Virus record (IMG/VR): IMGVR_UViG_3300049988_000124
Coordinates: 192,001 to 256,000 of that record
DNA from: a virus
Lineage: Duplodnaviria; Caudoviricetes
DNA: 64,000 nt
Strand: one strand, 5' to 3'
Position numbers and translations under genes: made by a program. Position 1 is the first letter of the stretch; each line of letters opens with the position of its first letter. Under the pieces are notes generated by a model. That model was not told the origin of the DNA. It ran no database searches and saw only the letters and a list, made by a program, of their open reading frames with translations. This document shows positions 39,440 through 48,096 of this stretch, piece after piece.

Positions 39440-39808
39440 CTACTGCTTCTCTAGCAACCGTTTGATGTCTGCTAGTTGTTGTTTGAGGTTCTCTTGTTCC
39501 TCGTGGGTCCATGCATCTTTGTTTACATCAAGGAGTTGTACCAGTCGCACCACAATGAGGGGCACGATTAGGAACACACTAATCCCTGCTGTAACGAGTG
39601 CATCAAGTCGCCCTAGAAAGGTCACCGGACTAATGTCACCGTAACCGATCGTCGTGCTGGTCACTCCTGCCCAGTAGAAACTCTCACCCCATCCTCTACC
39701 TTCTGCGTGGACAAAGACTGCCGCACTAGAACAAAGGAGTACGATGTAGTAGCAAGCTACTTCTAAAAGACTGTCAGTGGCTGAGCGAAGTTTACTTAAC
39801 ATCACCAA
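39440..39808 (-). CDS. Two-TM potassium channel (KcsA / Ion_trans_2-like)
   Basis: TM1 - pore helix 'SFYWAGVT' - filter 'TTIGYGD' - TM2 - coiled-coil tail. Confidence 0.9.
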   Translation of the reverse strand: MVMLSKLRSATDSLLEVACYYIVLLCSSAAVFVHAEGRGWGESFYWAGVTSTTIGYGDISPVTFLGRLDALVTAGISVFLIVPLIVVRLVQLLDVNKDAWTHEEQENLKQQLADIKRLLEKQ

Positions 39809-40115
39809 TTACTTTACTACATTTGGGCTTACCGTTCTCGTCCAAACGAGGAGTAATACCGTTCGCAAAGTTGTAGACTTCACCTCCTCGAGAATATTGA
39901 TGACTCTCATTGGTGGTGACATATTCACAACCAGTGTTTTTATCACGAACAGTTTGAACAGAACTTGCAGAACCGCCGCTAGTGTATACGTAGTCGGACT
40001 GAACGTTGCTCTCTACCGCTTGCGAGTTTGTTTTCCCGCAAGCAGTGATCAGCAGTACAGTGGTCAATACTAAAAGCTTCTTCATGTCACTAATCCTGAA
40101 TGATGTGGGGAACAA
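39792..40115 (-). CDS. Small lipoprotein
   Basis: 'MKKLLVLTTVLLITAC' lipobox; 'RDKNTGCEYV...GITPRLDENGKPKC' (DUF6440-like). Confidence 0.75.
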   Translation of the reverse strand: MFPTSFRISDMKKLLVLTTVLLITACGKTNSQAVESNVQSDYVYTSGGSASSVQTVRDKNTGCEYVTTNESHQYSRGGEVYNFANGITPRLDENGKPKCSKVIGDVK

Positions 40116-41244
40116 ACTGGGCGGTGTTACCCGTCACCAGTCCGTCTTCTCGAATACCCATGCCAGCTGGTTCACCGTCGATGACCCAAGAACCAATAAC
40201 GGGATACTTCCCGTCAAACTCAGGTAGGTCAAAGAGGTCCTGGTAGACGTGCCCCTCGGTGCCGTAGTCACCGCCGGTCTGGCCAATTGTCTGACCATTC
40301 TTGACGATGGTAACGTTTGCACCCTCACGACTGAGGAAGGGCTTACAAGCGTAGTTAGCGCTCGTGGTACTACCAATGGTTGCTGGTAGGAGATACTCGT
40401 TACTGGGATCAAAGGTGTAGAGAAGAGCCAGGATCGCCTTGTTGCTCCAGAGCATCTTCCAGATAGGCTCTAGCCACGTCGTCCGGGGTAGCTCCGCAAT
40501 CGCCTGCCTACCGTAGGCTTCGTTGGCCATCCACTCCCACGGGTGGAGCTTGAAGATCTGGTCGATCGGGTAATCTTCCAGATCCACGAATCGTCCCTCA
40601 GCAGTAATGCCGATATCGTCTATGGCGATGGGGAGCGTGGTAAAGCCAGCCTTCTCCGCAGTATCGCGCATGTAGGCCATGGTGACGGTGTCTTCACCGG
40701 TCGGCTCGACGACGTTGCTGAAGTAGAGCGGCTTATTGGGATCAAGCGCTGTTCGCAGATCTCGCCACTTGCCCACGAGCTTGTCGTGGATGCTGTTGAA
40801 CTGATCGTGCTGCGGGAAGACCTGCTCTTTCCATCGCCACTGGATCACGCTGGCCTCTAGGAGACTGGTTGGTGTATCGCAGTTAAACTCAAAGAGCTTA
40901 GGCGTTCCATTGGGCGCAAAACCAAAGTCGAAGCGACCAAAGTTCAGCGCCGGTGGCTCCTCATTCCAGGTATCGCGAATGGCTTGCTGGACGTACTCAG
41001 GAATCCCGAAGCGGTCCATCCAATCGTAGTCCTTACGCTCATTGACGAGCGCATCGCCTACTCGGATGAACAGCTCATAAAGCTCAGCCGTAGCAGTCTC
41101 AATGCGATCGATCTCGGAGCGAGTAAAGCTGTAATAGATTCCCTCATTCCAATAAGGCTGATTGTTCAGCGTGTGCCAGACAAGACCGTCCTGCTCCACG
41201 AGCTGACGCCAGTTGGGCCTGGCTGCTACGGCTAGACGCTTCAT
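40090..41244 (-). CDS. ygiC: Glutathionylspermidine synthase-like ATP-grasp ligase (YgiC/YjfC family)
   Basis: 'GRFDF', 'LFEFNCDTPTSLLEAS', 'KLHPWEW', 'EPIWK...SNKAIL', 'KPFLSREGAN', 'GIRED'. Confidence 0.92.
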   Translation of the reverse strand: MKRLAVAARPNWRQLVEQDGLVWHTLNNQPYWNEGIYYSFTRSEIDRIETATAELYELFIRVGDALVNERKDYDWMDRFGIPEYVQQAIRDTWNEEPPALNFGRFDFGFAPNGTPKLFEFNCDTPTSLLEASVIQWRWKEQVFPQHDQFNSIHDKLVGKWRDLRTALDPNKPLYFSNVVEPTGEDTVTMAYMRDTAEKAGFTTLPIAIDDIGITAEGRFVDLEDYPIDQIFKLHPWEWMANEAYGRQAIAELPRTTWLEPIWKMLWSNKAILALLYTFDPSNEYLLPATIGSTTSANYACKPFLSREGANVTIVKNGQTIGQTGGDYGTEGHVYQDLFDLPEFDGKYPVIGSWVIDGEPAGMGIREDGLVTGNTAQFVPHIIQD

Positions 41245-41247
41245 GAA

Positions 41248-41649
41248 TTACGAACTCCCCGAGAAGCCCCCACGGGCACTGGAACCAAAACCACCCCGGC
41301 TGACAGCAGCGCTGCGCGTTACCGTGGTTGATGCCGGAGCACGGTAGTAACTGCGACCAGGTGTCTGGCGAAAGCCACCACCACCCCGGTAGCGAGCCTC
41401 GCGAACACTGTCGCCGTAGTAAGGGATCGGTCCCCCACGATTGACGTAGTAAGGATAAAAGGCCCCGTTGCCCCCGTAGCCACGTCGACAATTGCTGTCG
41501 TCCACGCGCCGTCCCTGTTTGTCAACACAGACCGCTGTGTCACGGTCAGCGAACTCCTGGACATCATAGTCAGAAGTTGGACCACAAGCAGCAGTGACGA
41601 ACGCTAGCGCCAATGCTCCTGTGATCTTCAGATCGAAATCTTTAGCCAC
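41248..41649 (-). CDS. DUF1190 / YgiB-like lipoprotein
   Basis: Signal ending 'FVTAAC', Cys pair, Gly/Arg-rich tail ending 'SRGGFGSSARG'; directly upstream of the YgiC-like gene. Confidence 0.8.
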   Translation of the reverse strand: MAKDFDLKITGALALAFVTAACGPTSDYDVQEFADRDTAVCVDKQGRRVDDSNCRRGYGGNGAFYPYYVNRGGPIPYYGDSVREARYRGGGGFRQTPGRSYYRAPASTTVTRSAAVSRGGFGSSARGGFSGSS

Positions 41650-41692
41650 CCTGTTATTCTCCTTCGTGGGTGTTTACTGAGCCAGATAGGTT

Positions 41693-42097
41693 TCAGGGAA
41701 CCATGCATCCGGCCTGGATGACACCGACGGCAAAGGCCATGCCGCCCACGTAGATGCCGCTGCTGGTGCAGTTGCTGGTGATCTTGGTACTGATCCCCTG
41801 CGAAGTCACCTGAACGATCCAGAACGTCAGTGACTGAACAACGAGAACGACCAGACCCCAAGCGACCATGTCGGAGAGGCTGACTGAGTGGCTGATGACG
41901 ACAGCGAAGGGAAGGGCAAAGCCCAGGACGCTGCCGATGAGCTGGATAGCAGCAGCTGTATTACCTTCACGAATGAGCGTGAACTCACGGTGCGGAGTGA
42001 TCATGACGTAGGCTAGCAGATAGCCCACCAGGAGAATGACGCCGATACCGAAGTATGCCAGGAAGTGAGGTAGTGTGTTAAACATGTGTTGGAACAT
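41693..42097 (-). CDS. DUF350 (YjfL-like) membrane protein
   Basis: Four hydrophobic helices; 'ITPHREFTLIREGNTAAAI' signature. Confidence 0.85.
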   Translation of the reverse strand: MFQHMFNTLPHFLAYFGIGVILLVGYLLAYVMITPHREFTLIREGNTAAAIQLIGSVLGFALPFAVVISHSVSLSDMVAWGLVVLVVQSLTFWIVQVTSQGISTKITSNCTSSGIYVGGMAFAVGVIQAGCMVP

Positions 42098-42255
42098 GAT
42101 GAATTGAGTCCCTCTTTGGTACTGAGTGTGAGTAACTGCTCATTGATCTGATATCAACATTACTAGTTACCCAGATGATTGACATCCAGGATAACTAATT
42201 TGTTGTCTGCTTTTCAAGCTTGGTCGAACCTGAGTGAGTCGGATGGGTAAGCGCT

Positions 42256-42663
42256 TCACTCGTCCGGAAATGATTCTGGTTTGGGTCTGTTAAAGTCTAC
42301 ACCAAGGTCTTTCATTTGGTTGGCAATGATCAGATACACAGAAGTGGTAATCTGAGCGTAGACTTCTTCTTGGATTGGTTCTTCAAATTCTAAGCTCTTT
42401 GTTATCCTCTTTAGTACATGAACAGTTTCGTGGGCGATGGTTGCTTGAATGTATAATCCAGAACTCCACTCCGCATCTATCCAAACAACAATAGTCTTCT
42501 TGAGGGCAGGTACGGAATGATAGAAAAAGGTCGTACCAGCTACCTTTCTGTTGTTCGGAAGACGTTCTTTAGGTAGACCTTTTTCAAGAAGGAAATCTCG
42601 TAGTTTATCGTAGTCGATGAAAACTTTGATGTCGATGAACGACGTAAGAAGAGCAAAGCTCAT
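42256..42663 (-). CDS. Hypothetical protein with HExxH motif
   Basis: 'TIAHETVHV...EEVYA'. Confidence 0.6.
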   Translation of the reverse strand: MSFALLTSFIDIKVFIDYDKLRDFLLEKGLPKERLPNNRKVAGTTFFYHSVPALKKTIVVWIDAEWSSGLYIQATIAHETVHVLKRITKSLEFEEPIQEEVYAQITTSVYLIIANQMKDLGVDFNRPKPESFPDE

Positions 42664-42676
42664 GATTGATTCTCCT

Positions 42677-43084
42677 TTAGTCTAGTTCCAGATCCTTCAG
42701 CCGAAAGGCTGGGGGTGGAACATAGAGACCATTTGGCTCAGTGTCTTCAGTTACAACACACCCAGCATTGATCACGCATCCTTCCCGAATAGTGACCCCT
42801 GGATAGATCGTTACCCCTGCCCCAATCCAACACCCACGCTCGATGACCACGGGGCGATGCCTGTCACCTGGTTTAGAACGTCTAAAGACGGAGCGACTGA
42901 TGTGGTGGGTGTTGGACATGATGATGCAACGAAAGGAGATGCGTACACCCTCCCCGATCTCGACGCCCCCTGTGGCGTCGATAAATCCCTCTCGGCTTAC
43001 ATACGCGCCTCGGCGAAGGATGAGACCTTGTGGATTGAGTACCGTGCAGCTGGCATCAATCTCAGCCCCCTCTTCAATCAACAT
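42677..43084 (-). CDS. Hexapeptide-repeat (LbH) O-acyltransferase
   Basis: 'VEIGEGVRIS...NTH', 'PVVIERGCWIGAGVTIYPGVTIREGCVINAGCVV'. Confidence 0.85.
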   Translation of the reverse strand: MLIEEGAEIDASCTVLNPQGLILRRGAYVSREGFIDATGGVEIGEGVRISFRCIIMSNTHHISRSVFRRSKPGDRHRPVVIERGCWIGAGVTIYPGVTIREGCVINAGCVVTEDTEPNGLYVPPPAFRLKDLELD

Positions 43085-43105
43085 TTATTACGCCCCTATT
43101 TTCAC

Positions 43106-43552
43106 TTAATCGGGTTTGTGCTCACTCAAACCAATGAGAACTGTGGCTGCTTCATCAAACGATTCTTTATACTCTCCGAAGAAAGAAGGATCTACTTTCT
43201 GGTCGATCCAAGGCTGCTTCACCGCCAATAAAGCCGCTTCTTCCGAAGACATCGTTTTTAGATTTTCACGGTAATAACCGATGAGTCGCGCCCGGGTCTC
43301 CTCATCCATCTCTGGTTCAAGAACTACGACCTTATCACCGAATTGAGCGATGAGATCAGTTATTTCAGAAACAAAATCTATCTGCTGTTCCGGAGTGGTG
43401 TGATCCAGGATGAACTCGGTGCTGTCCTCAGTCAAGGTAGAGCTAAGGATTCGAGAAGCTTTCTCGCGAATACCTTTTTCCATATCCGACAACTTCTTCT
43501 GAAGCTGCATCTCTTTGCCGGACAAGATGTTTACGACGTTATCATCTGACAT
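43106..43552 (-). CDS. Hypothetical protein
   Basis: 148 aa, AAGGAA RBS. Confidence 0.7.
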   Translation of the reverse strand: MSDDNVVNILSGKEMQLQKKLSDMEKGIREKASRILSSTLTEDSTEFILDHTTPEQQIDFVSEITDLIAQFGDKVVVLEPEMDEETRARLIGYYRENLKTMSSEEAALLAVKQPWIDQKVDPSFFGEYKESFDEAATVLIGLSEHKPD

Positions 43553-43617
43553 GGTTCGTTCCTTATGTTAACTTCCAACGACCTCGTTGAAACAATAGTA
43601 CAATCCTAGAACCTTAG

Positions 43618-43806
43618 TTACAAAACGGGATCACCCAAGCCGTTCTCTAGTTCAGCTAAGAGGAGTATCCACACTCGGTTAGCCTGATTGGCTTTTCGAA
43701 GAAGTGCTACTGATTCAGGTGAACCATGATCGCGCATTCCTGTTATCCAAGCAGCCGTGGGGTCTGCTCTACATCCGAGAATCTCTACGGCAGATTTCGT
43801 TGTCAT
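43618..43806 (-). CDS. Small hypothetical protein
   Basis: ATGA overlap with the upstream stop. Confidence 0.5.
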   Translation of the reverse strand: MTTKSAVEILGCRADPTAAWITGMRDHGSPESVALLRKANQANRVWILLLAELENGLGDPVL

Positions 43807-44531
43807 GATGTTCCACCTGATTGTTTATAAGCTTGAAAAGCTTCATCGATCCCAACAGCAGAACTTGGATTACCTCTCTCATGAGTTGCTTGCCAATCGG
43901 CACCATCTTCAAAACCCGCTCTAAAAGCAGTTTCTCCGCTGGTGAAGTCGCAGTCTTTCAGTGCAAACTCTCTGATCTCGAACTTATCGAGGTCAAAGGC
44001 TGTCATGAGCATACCGGGTTCAGGATGCCAGTCAGTCTCACCCCAACGGGTCCCGAAAACGATAGCGTTTCTGACAGATGTCTCACCTCGGTAATTGGTG
44101 TAGGTGAACTTGATTGCCTTTAGACGTTCGGAGGTATCAGGTATTCTGGTACTATCTGACTGCTTGATATACTCCAAGATTGCTTGGATGGCATGGACAT
44201 GGTCATACTGTCCGCTCAGATATGCATCACGATCAGACTTAACGAGATGATCGTCGTCAGTCTTATTGTGGTGGTGTTGCTCACGAAGAAGCTTAAAGGC
44301 AATCTCACGAGCAACCTGTAGCTGTTTGTCTTTACAACTAATCGCGTCGTCGGGATTGATAATCTTCAGTCGCTCTGCGACCAATTCAACATCACTGAGA
44401 AGATCATCGATCTCTCCTTGATACTTGCGCAATGTGAGATCTTTCGTGTCTCCCAGGAGACTCGAGAACATGTCATGATGACCTGTGAACCTAAGTCCGA
44501 GTAGATAGTTACTATCGCGGTGAGCTACCAT
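43803..44531 (-). CDS. Hypothetical protein with C-terminal WYL-like domain
   Basis: 'FTYTNYRGETSVR...W..TDWHPEP...AFDLDKFEIREFALKD'. Confidence 0.6.
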   Translation of the reverse strand: MVAHRDSNYLLGLRFTGHHDMFSSLLGDTKDLTLRKYQGEIDDLLSDVELVAERLKIINPDDAISCKDKQLQVAREIAFKLLREQHHHNKTDDDHLVKSDRDAYLSGQYDHVHAIQAILEYIKQSDSTRIPDTSERLKAIKFTYTNYRGETSVRNAIVFGTRWGETDWHPEPGMLMTAFDLDKFEIREFALKDCDFTSGETAFRAGFEDGADWQATHERGNPSSAVGIDEAFQAYKQSGGTS

Positions 44532-44534
44532 TGT

Positions 44535-45023
44535 TTATCCTCCTATTTCGTATTTCGTGATCGAGGAAACATCCCCCCGGACTGGCCAGAGTCCAAAGTA
44601 ATGTGCAATGATATCTGCAAGCGTAGATTCTCGCAACGATGCTGACAGATCTTCAAAGCGCTGAAACATCATGTTCATATCGGATATCACACCTGGAGTC
44701 AGCCGTATCCCTTCGTACTTACGAAAAACAACGTTCACCACCCAGATTATTCGATTTACATTTAGTGCCAGTGTCAAACGATCTTGGAAAACTGATGCGA
44801 GTTCTGTAGGCATACCTAGGGGAAGAAGAAGAGCGCAGGAAGTCTCCACCGTCACGTAAGGTAAGGGTAGTTTAACTTGAACGGTGGATGGATTCTGAGA
44901 ATCCATCTCCGCTATCAAGCCTTTTCCTCGAATACCATCAACGGCTCTTTGAAGAATCTCCCGACCTCCTTGCCACTTGGTCTCTTTCTCCCAGATCTGC
45001 TCATAGGGTTCGAAGTCTCTCAT
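44535..45023 (-). CDS. Hypothetical protein
   Basis: 162 aa in operon, AGGAG RBS. Confidence 0.7.
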   Translation of the reverse strand: MRDFEPYEQIWEKETKWQGGREILQRAVDGIRGKGLIAEMDSQNPSTVQVKLPLPYVTVETSCALLLPLGMPTELASVFQDRLTLALNVNRIIWVVNVVFRKYEGIRLTPGVISDMNMMFQRFEDLSASLRESTLADIIAHYFGLWPVRGDVSSITKYEIGG

Positions 45024-45038
45024 GATCGCTCTCCTAGC

Positions 45039-45611
45039 TCAGTTGTCGGGAAGTAGATCGGTAGCCGTACCCATCACCCAAGGAAGTTTGCTGTCTATCT
45101 TGGCAGCTACTCGTGCTCCCCAACGTTCGTCGTCAAGGTCAAATCTACCGATAATGTAAGCCACCACCACCCCAAACCGCATGATACTGTATGACAATTT
45201 GGTGCTATTAGGTTCGGCGGATTCAGGATCAGCCTTATCCAATCCTTGAATCTGACAACGCCCAATGATCGTAAAGCAATCACCTAAGACTTTCAAGAGT
45301 AGATTCAACGATTCATTTAAGTCGCGGTCTATCTCAAGAAGCTCATTCATACACCGGTCAATAGTTCCCTCATCACTGGTAACACGACCGCCAGATGCTC
45401 GTTGTATCATTGAAGCTACTGCAACACAGTCAGCCAGCTCATTCTCGAAGGATACCGTATCACGTGGACCTCTGCTAGTACGGAAGTTGTAAGTTTCAAC
45501 AGCTAACTCACCGCCTTCCTCGACGAACTTACCAAAAGCCTTCTGAAGCTTGATGTCAGTCTCAGGCTTCCAGTCACTGAGACGCTTGGTCTTGATCTCT
45601 TCATCGGTCAT
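45039..45611 (-). CDS. MazG-like nucleotide pyrophosphohydrolase
   Basis: 'KFVEEGGEL...ENELADC' ExxE...E..D pattern. Confidence 0.6.
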   Translation of the reverse strand: MTDEEIKTKRLSDWKPETDIKLQKAFGKFVEEGGELAVETYNFRTSRGPRDTVSFENELADCVAVASMIQRASGGRVTSDEGTIDRCMNELLEIDRDLNESLNLLLKVLGDCFTIIGRCQIQGLDKADPESAEPNSTKLSYSIMRFGVVVAYIIGRFDLDDERWGARVAAKIDSKLPWVMGTATDLLPDN

Positions 45612-45972
45612 GGCTGAACTTCTCCAAAGTTTCGTCGTTTATACTCAAAGAACCAAGAGCAAATTGATGACACTCACTGATGAACCTGTGACAGCTTTCC
45701 AATACGTCGGAGGGCTTATATCTCAATTCATCAGAAAGCCAAGATTTTGCCCCTTCTGGATCGAAATGAGCCAGAATGATCAGTCGTTGCTGTGGCCTAT
45801 CGACATCAGCGAAACCAGTGTTTACGCCATCGCAGAGATAAGCTGCCATGTCGTATTTTTCATACATACCTCGATAGTGTCCAGCATCGACAAGGTGATC
45901 ATGCCGATTGCGCCTTAACCACTTACGATGATATTTGCGAGCACGGTGGAAGTTGGAATAACGACGCTTCAT
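45601..45972 (-). CDS. Hypothetical protein
   Basis: Overlaps both neighbours in operon. Confidence 0.65.
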   Translation of the reverse strand: MKRRYSNFHRARKYHRKWLRRNRHDHLVDAGHYRGMYEKYDMAAYLCDGVNTGFADVDRPQQRLIILAHFDPEGAKSWLSDELRYKPSDVLESCHRFISECHQFALGSLSINDETLEKFSHDR

Positions 45973-46550
45973 GGTCTGTCTCCTGGTGAATTAAGAAAAC
46001 TAACGTCGACTCTGAGGTTATAGATACGACCACGCTTTAGACGTTTGTCGTTGAAGAATAGACACTCAAAGTAAGTTCCCGTTCGACTACGCTGTAGACG
46101 ACAGCGGTGGAAGTGGGAATCTACGTCATTGAGTAGGGTGCGCATGAAGTGCCTGGCTAGAATACCGTAGCCGGACTTCTTCTTGTTGAAAAGTTCAAGG
46201 TAGCTGTTGAGTTCGCGCAGCGGATCATCATCACTCCGTCTGGAGTTGGTGAACTGGTTATCCACAGTAGCGTTAAAGGATCTGGTGTAGAGCGACAAGA
46301 ACTGGTCGTTCACGCTCAGCTCTTGGTCAGGACTACCATTGAAGACGCCGACGCCGAAGAGGAAGTTTCGATCATCAACACGGTAGCCAAAAGTGATATT
46401 GTCGGTGAACCGACGAGACAGCGTGAAGGGAGCGTCCTCGGCTTTGAGACCGGTGATCAACTCCCTAACCACACCGTACATGTAGAAGTATTCAGAACGC
46501 GTCACAACCTCACTGAAGGATACCGGGGGTTCAGAGGGGCGATAGGTCAT
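45969..46550 (-). CDS. Hypothetical protein
   Basis: 193 aa in operon. Confidence 0.65.
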   Translation of the reverse strand: MTYRPSEPPVSFSEVVTRSEYFYMYGVVRELITGLKAEDAPFTLSRRFTDNITFGYRVDDRNFLFGVGVFNGSPDQELSVNDQFLSLYTRSFNATVDNQFTNSRRSDDDPLRELNSYLELFNKKKSGYGILARHFMRTLLNDVDSHFHRCRLQRSRTGTYFECLFFNDKRLKRGRIYNLRVDVSFLNSPGDRP

Positions 46551-46568
46551 GGTGAGAAGGTAGCCCTT

Positions 46569-46901
46569 TTACTTGAGGTATACGTTGACGCGGTATCGCT
46601 GAAACTGCTCAGCCTTGAATGACTTGAGGAGGTAGTTGGTTTTGTGGATAGAACCAGGTTCTGACTGTTTCTCCCCCAACGTACCAAACCCCTTCCTCTT
46701 GGTAAAGAGCACGCAGCAATTGGGCTCTATCCCCTCTCGTTTGTGACGAGGAGTGGGATCACGGTCATCGGGTGATCGTGGAGGAAGGCCGTTGTTGTTA
46801 TCCACCGGTATTGGACTGGGAGGCACATCAACGTCTCGCCAAGTGTTGTTACCACTTCGCTCCAATGGTCCTCTTGGATATCCTCGACGCTGTACCATCA
46901 A
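46569..46901 (-). CDS. Hypothetical protein
   Basis: ATGA overlap, GAGGAG RBS. Confidence 0.6.
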   Translation of the reverse strand: MMVQRRGYPRGPLERSGNNTWRDVDVPPSPIPVDNNNGLPPRSPDDRDPTPRHKREGIEPNCCVLFTKRKGFGTLGEKQSEPGSIHKTNYLLKSFKAEQFQRYRVNVYLK

Positions 46902-47167
46902 ACTCCCTCCTCGGTCCTAAGTGGTTGAACAGATGCACACCAGTAGATCTCTTCGTTCAAATCGTTACGCAGGACTATTTCACGCTTTTCCGTTCGATCG
47001 CGTGGTTCAACCTCCCACACACCGTAGAGTCCGGTTCTCAGATCGTCGGGTAAATTATGATCTTTGGCAGCGTGTTTCGCGGCTGCTCCAAAGTTGGGAA
47101 AGATGCCGTGCACCTCGACACCTGCGGGGGTGGTGATGTTCTGACTAGTGAGAACGATGTTGTGCAT
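46898..47167 (-). CDS. Hypothetical protein (first gene after a TATATTAC motif)
   Basis: GGAGG RBS; promoter-like motif about 26 nt upstream. Confidence 0.7.
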   Translation of the reverse strand: MHNIVLTSQNITTPAGVEVHGIFPNFGAAAKHAAKDHNLPDDLRTGLYGVWEVEPRDRTEKREIVLRNDLNEEIYWCASVQPLRTEEGV

Positions 47168-47192
47168 AAAGACCTCCGACTACATCAGATAG

Positions 47193-47200
47193 GTAATATA
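47193..47200 (-). promoter_or_regulatory. Early-promoter-like motif TATATTAC
   Basis: Reads gtaatata on +; lies between a hairpin and the start of the operon. Confidence 0.6.
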
Positions 47201-47222
47201 GGGACAAAAAAGAAAAGAGAAT

Positions 47223-47253
47223 AGTAGAGGGAGGCGACTTGCCTCCCTCTACT
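47223..47253. terminator. Hairpin
   Basis: agtagagggaggc-gactt-gcctccctctact. Confidence 0.8.
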
Positions 47254-47262
47254 GATCCTTAG

Positions 47263-47568
47263 TTACGCTGCCTTCAGGAGCGCTGGTTGTTCTTCCCCGA
47301 GCTCGACTGACGAGACGTGAAAGCGCCGACAGATGTGGCGGTCGACGTTGCGGCGGTGTCGGAAGCACTGCTGCGTCAAGAGCTCACCACGGTGGTCGTA
47401 GGTACGCACCGAGTAGCGCGCGCAACCGGTCTGCTGACGAGAGACGCTAGTGCTCTCGTAGAGGAAGACCTTCTGGCGACCGTTGTTCAGGTCACCCAAG
47501 AACCACCGCTTGGTTCCAGCAGGGTTAGATTCAGGCGCTGCGGTCCTCATGATTAAGGACATGGGCAT
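47263..47568 (-). CDS. Hypothetical protein
   Basis: 101 aa, AGGAG RBS, ends at a hairpin. Confidence 0.65.
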   Translation of the reverse strand: MPMSLIMRTAAPESNPAGTKRWFLGDLNNGRQKVFLYESTSVSRQQTGCARYSVRTYDHRGELLTQQCFRHRRNVDRHICRRFHVSSVELGEEQPALLKAA

Positions 47569-47580
47569 TCTCCTTAACTC

Positions 47581-48096
47581 TTACGTTTGAGGGGATTCTC
47601 CGTCTTGTGATTCGCCGGTGTATCCGGCACTTCCGAGTGCGAACATAGACGTGTAACCAATGATATTCGTGCCGTCTGCGGACATGTCGTGAAAGAAAGA
47701 AGGAGGAGAGAGGTTGCGGTGTGAAGCCACTGAACCGTCCAGGTGAAATACTTCTCCATTGTCCCAGTCAATGGGAGGTGATGTCAAACTGTTACCACTG
47801 TGAAGCGCTTCGTGGGGACCCCATGGTTTCATCCCTTCTGGAATAACCAAGGAGAAAACCTTTCGCCAGGTCATGGCGTCGCAACAATCAACCTTTCGGC
47901 TGGTAACGCGGCCTTCTTCGATCAGGTCGATAAGAATTTCATAGATCGAATCAAGCGGCATATAGCGGTCATACACCGAGAGGATGTTTGACTGAATGCT
48001 TATTCCGTAAGCCAGGTTGCCCAGATTCGCGATGGCTTGAAGAACAAGAATGCTTGCTTTGTCGGTGAAGATGGTCGGCGTTCTCAGTTCGGACAT
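47581..48096 (-). CDS. Protein with N-terminal PadR-like winged helix
   Basis: 'LVLQAIANLGNLAYGISI...SIYEILIDLIEEGRVTSR'. Confidence 0.55.
   Translation of the reverse strand: MSELRTPTIFTDKASILVLQAIANLGNLAYGISIQSNILSVYDRYMPLDSIYEILIDLIEEGRVTSRKVDCCDAMTWRKVFSLVIPEGMKPWGPHEALHSGNSLTSPPIDWDNGEVFHLDGSVASHRNLSPPSFFHDMSADGTNIIGYTSMFALGSAGYTGESQDGESPQT

Noticed and set aside
40090-41244. Calling the ligase a bona fide glutathionylspermidine synthetase
   Set aside because: It lacks the amidase domain and belongs to the YgiC/YjfC-like group, whose product is not established.
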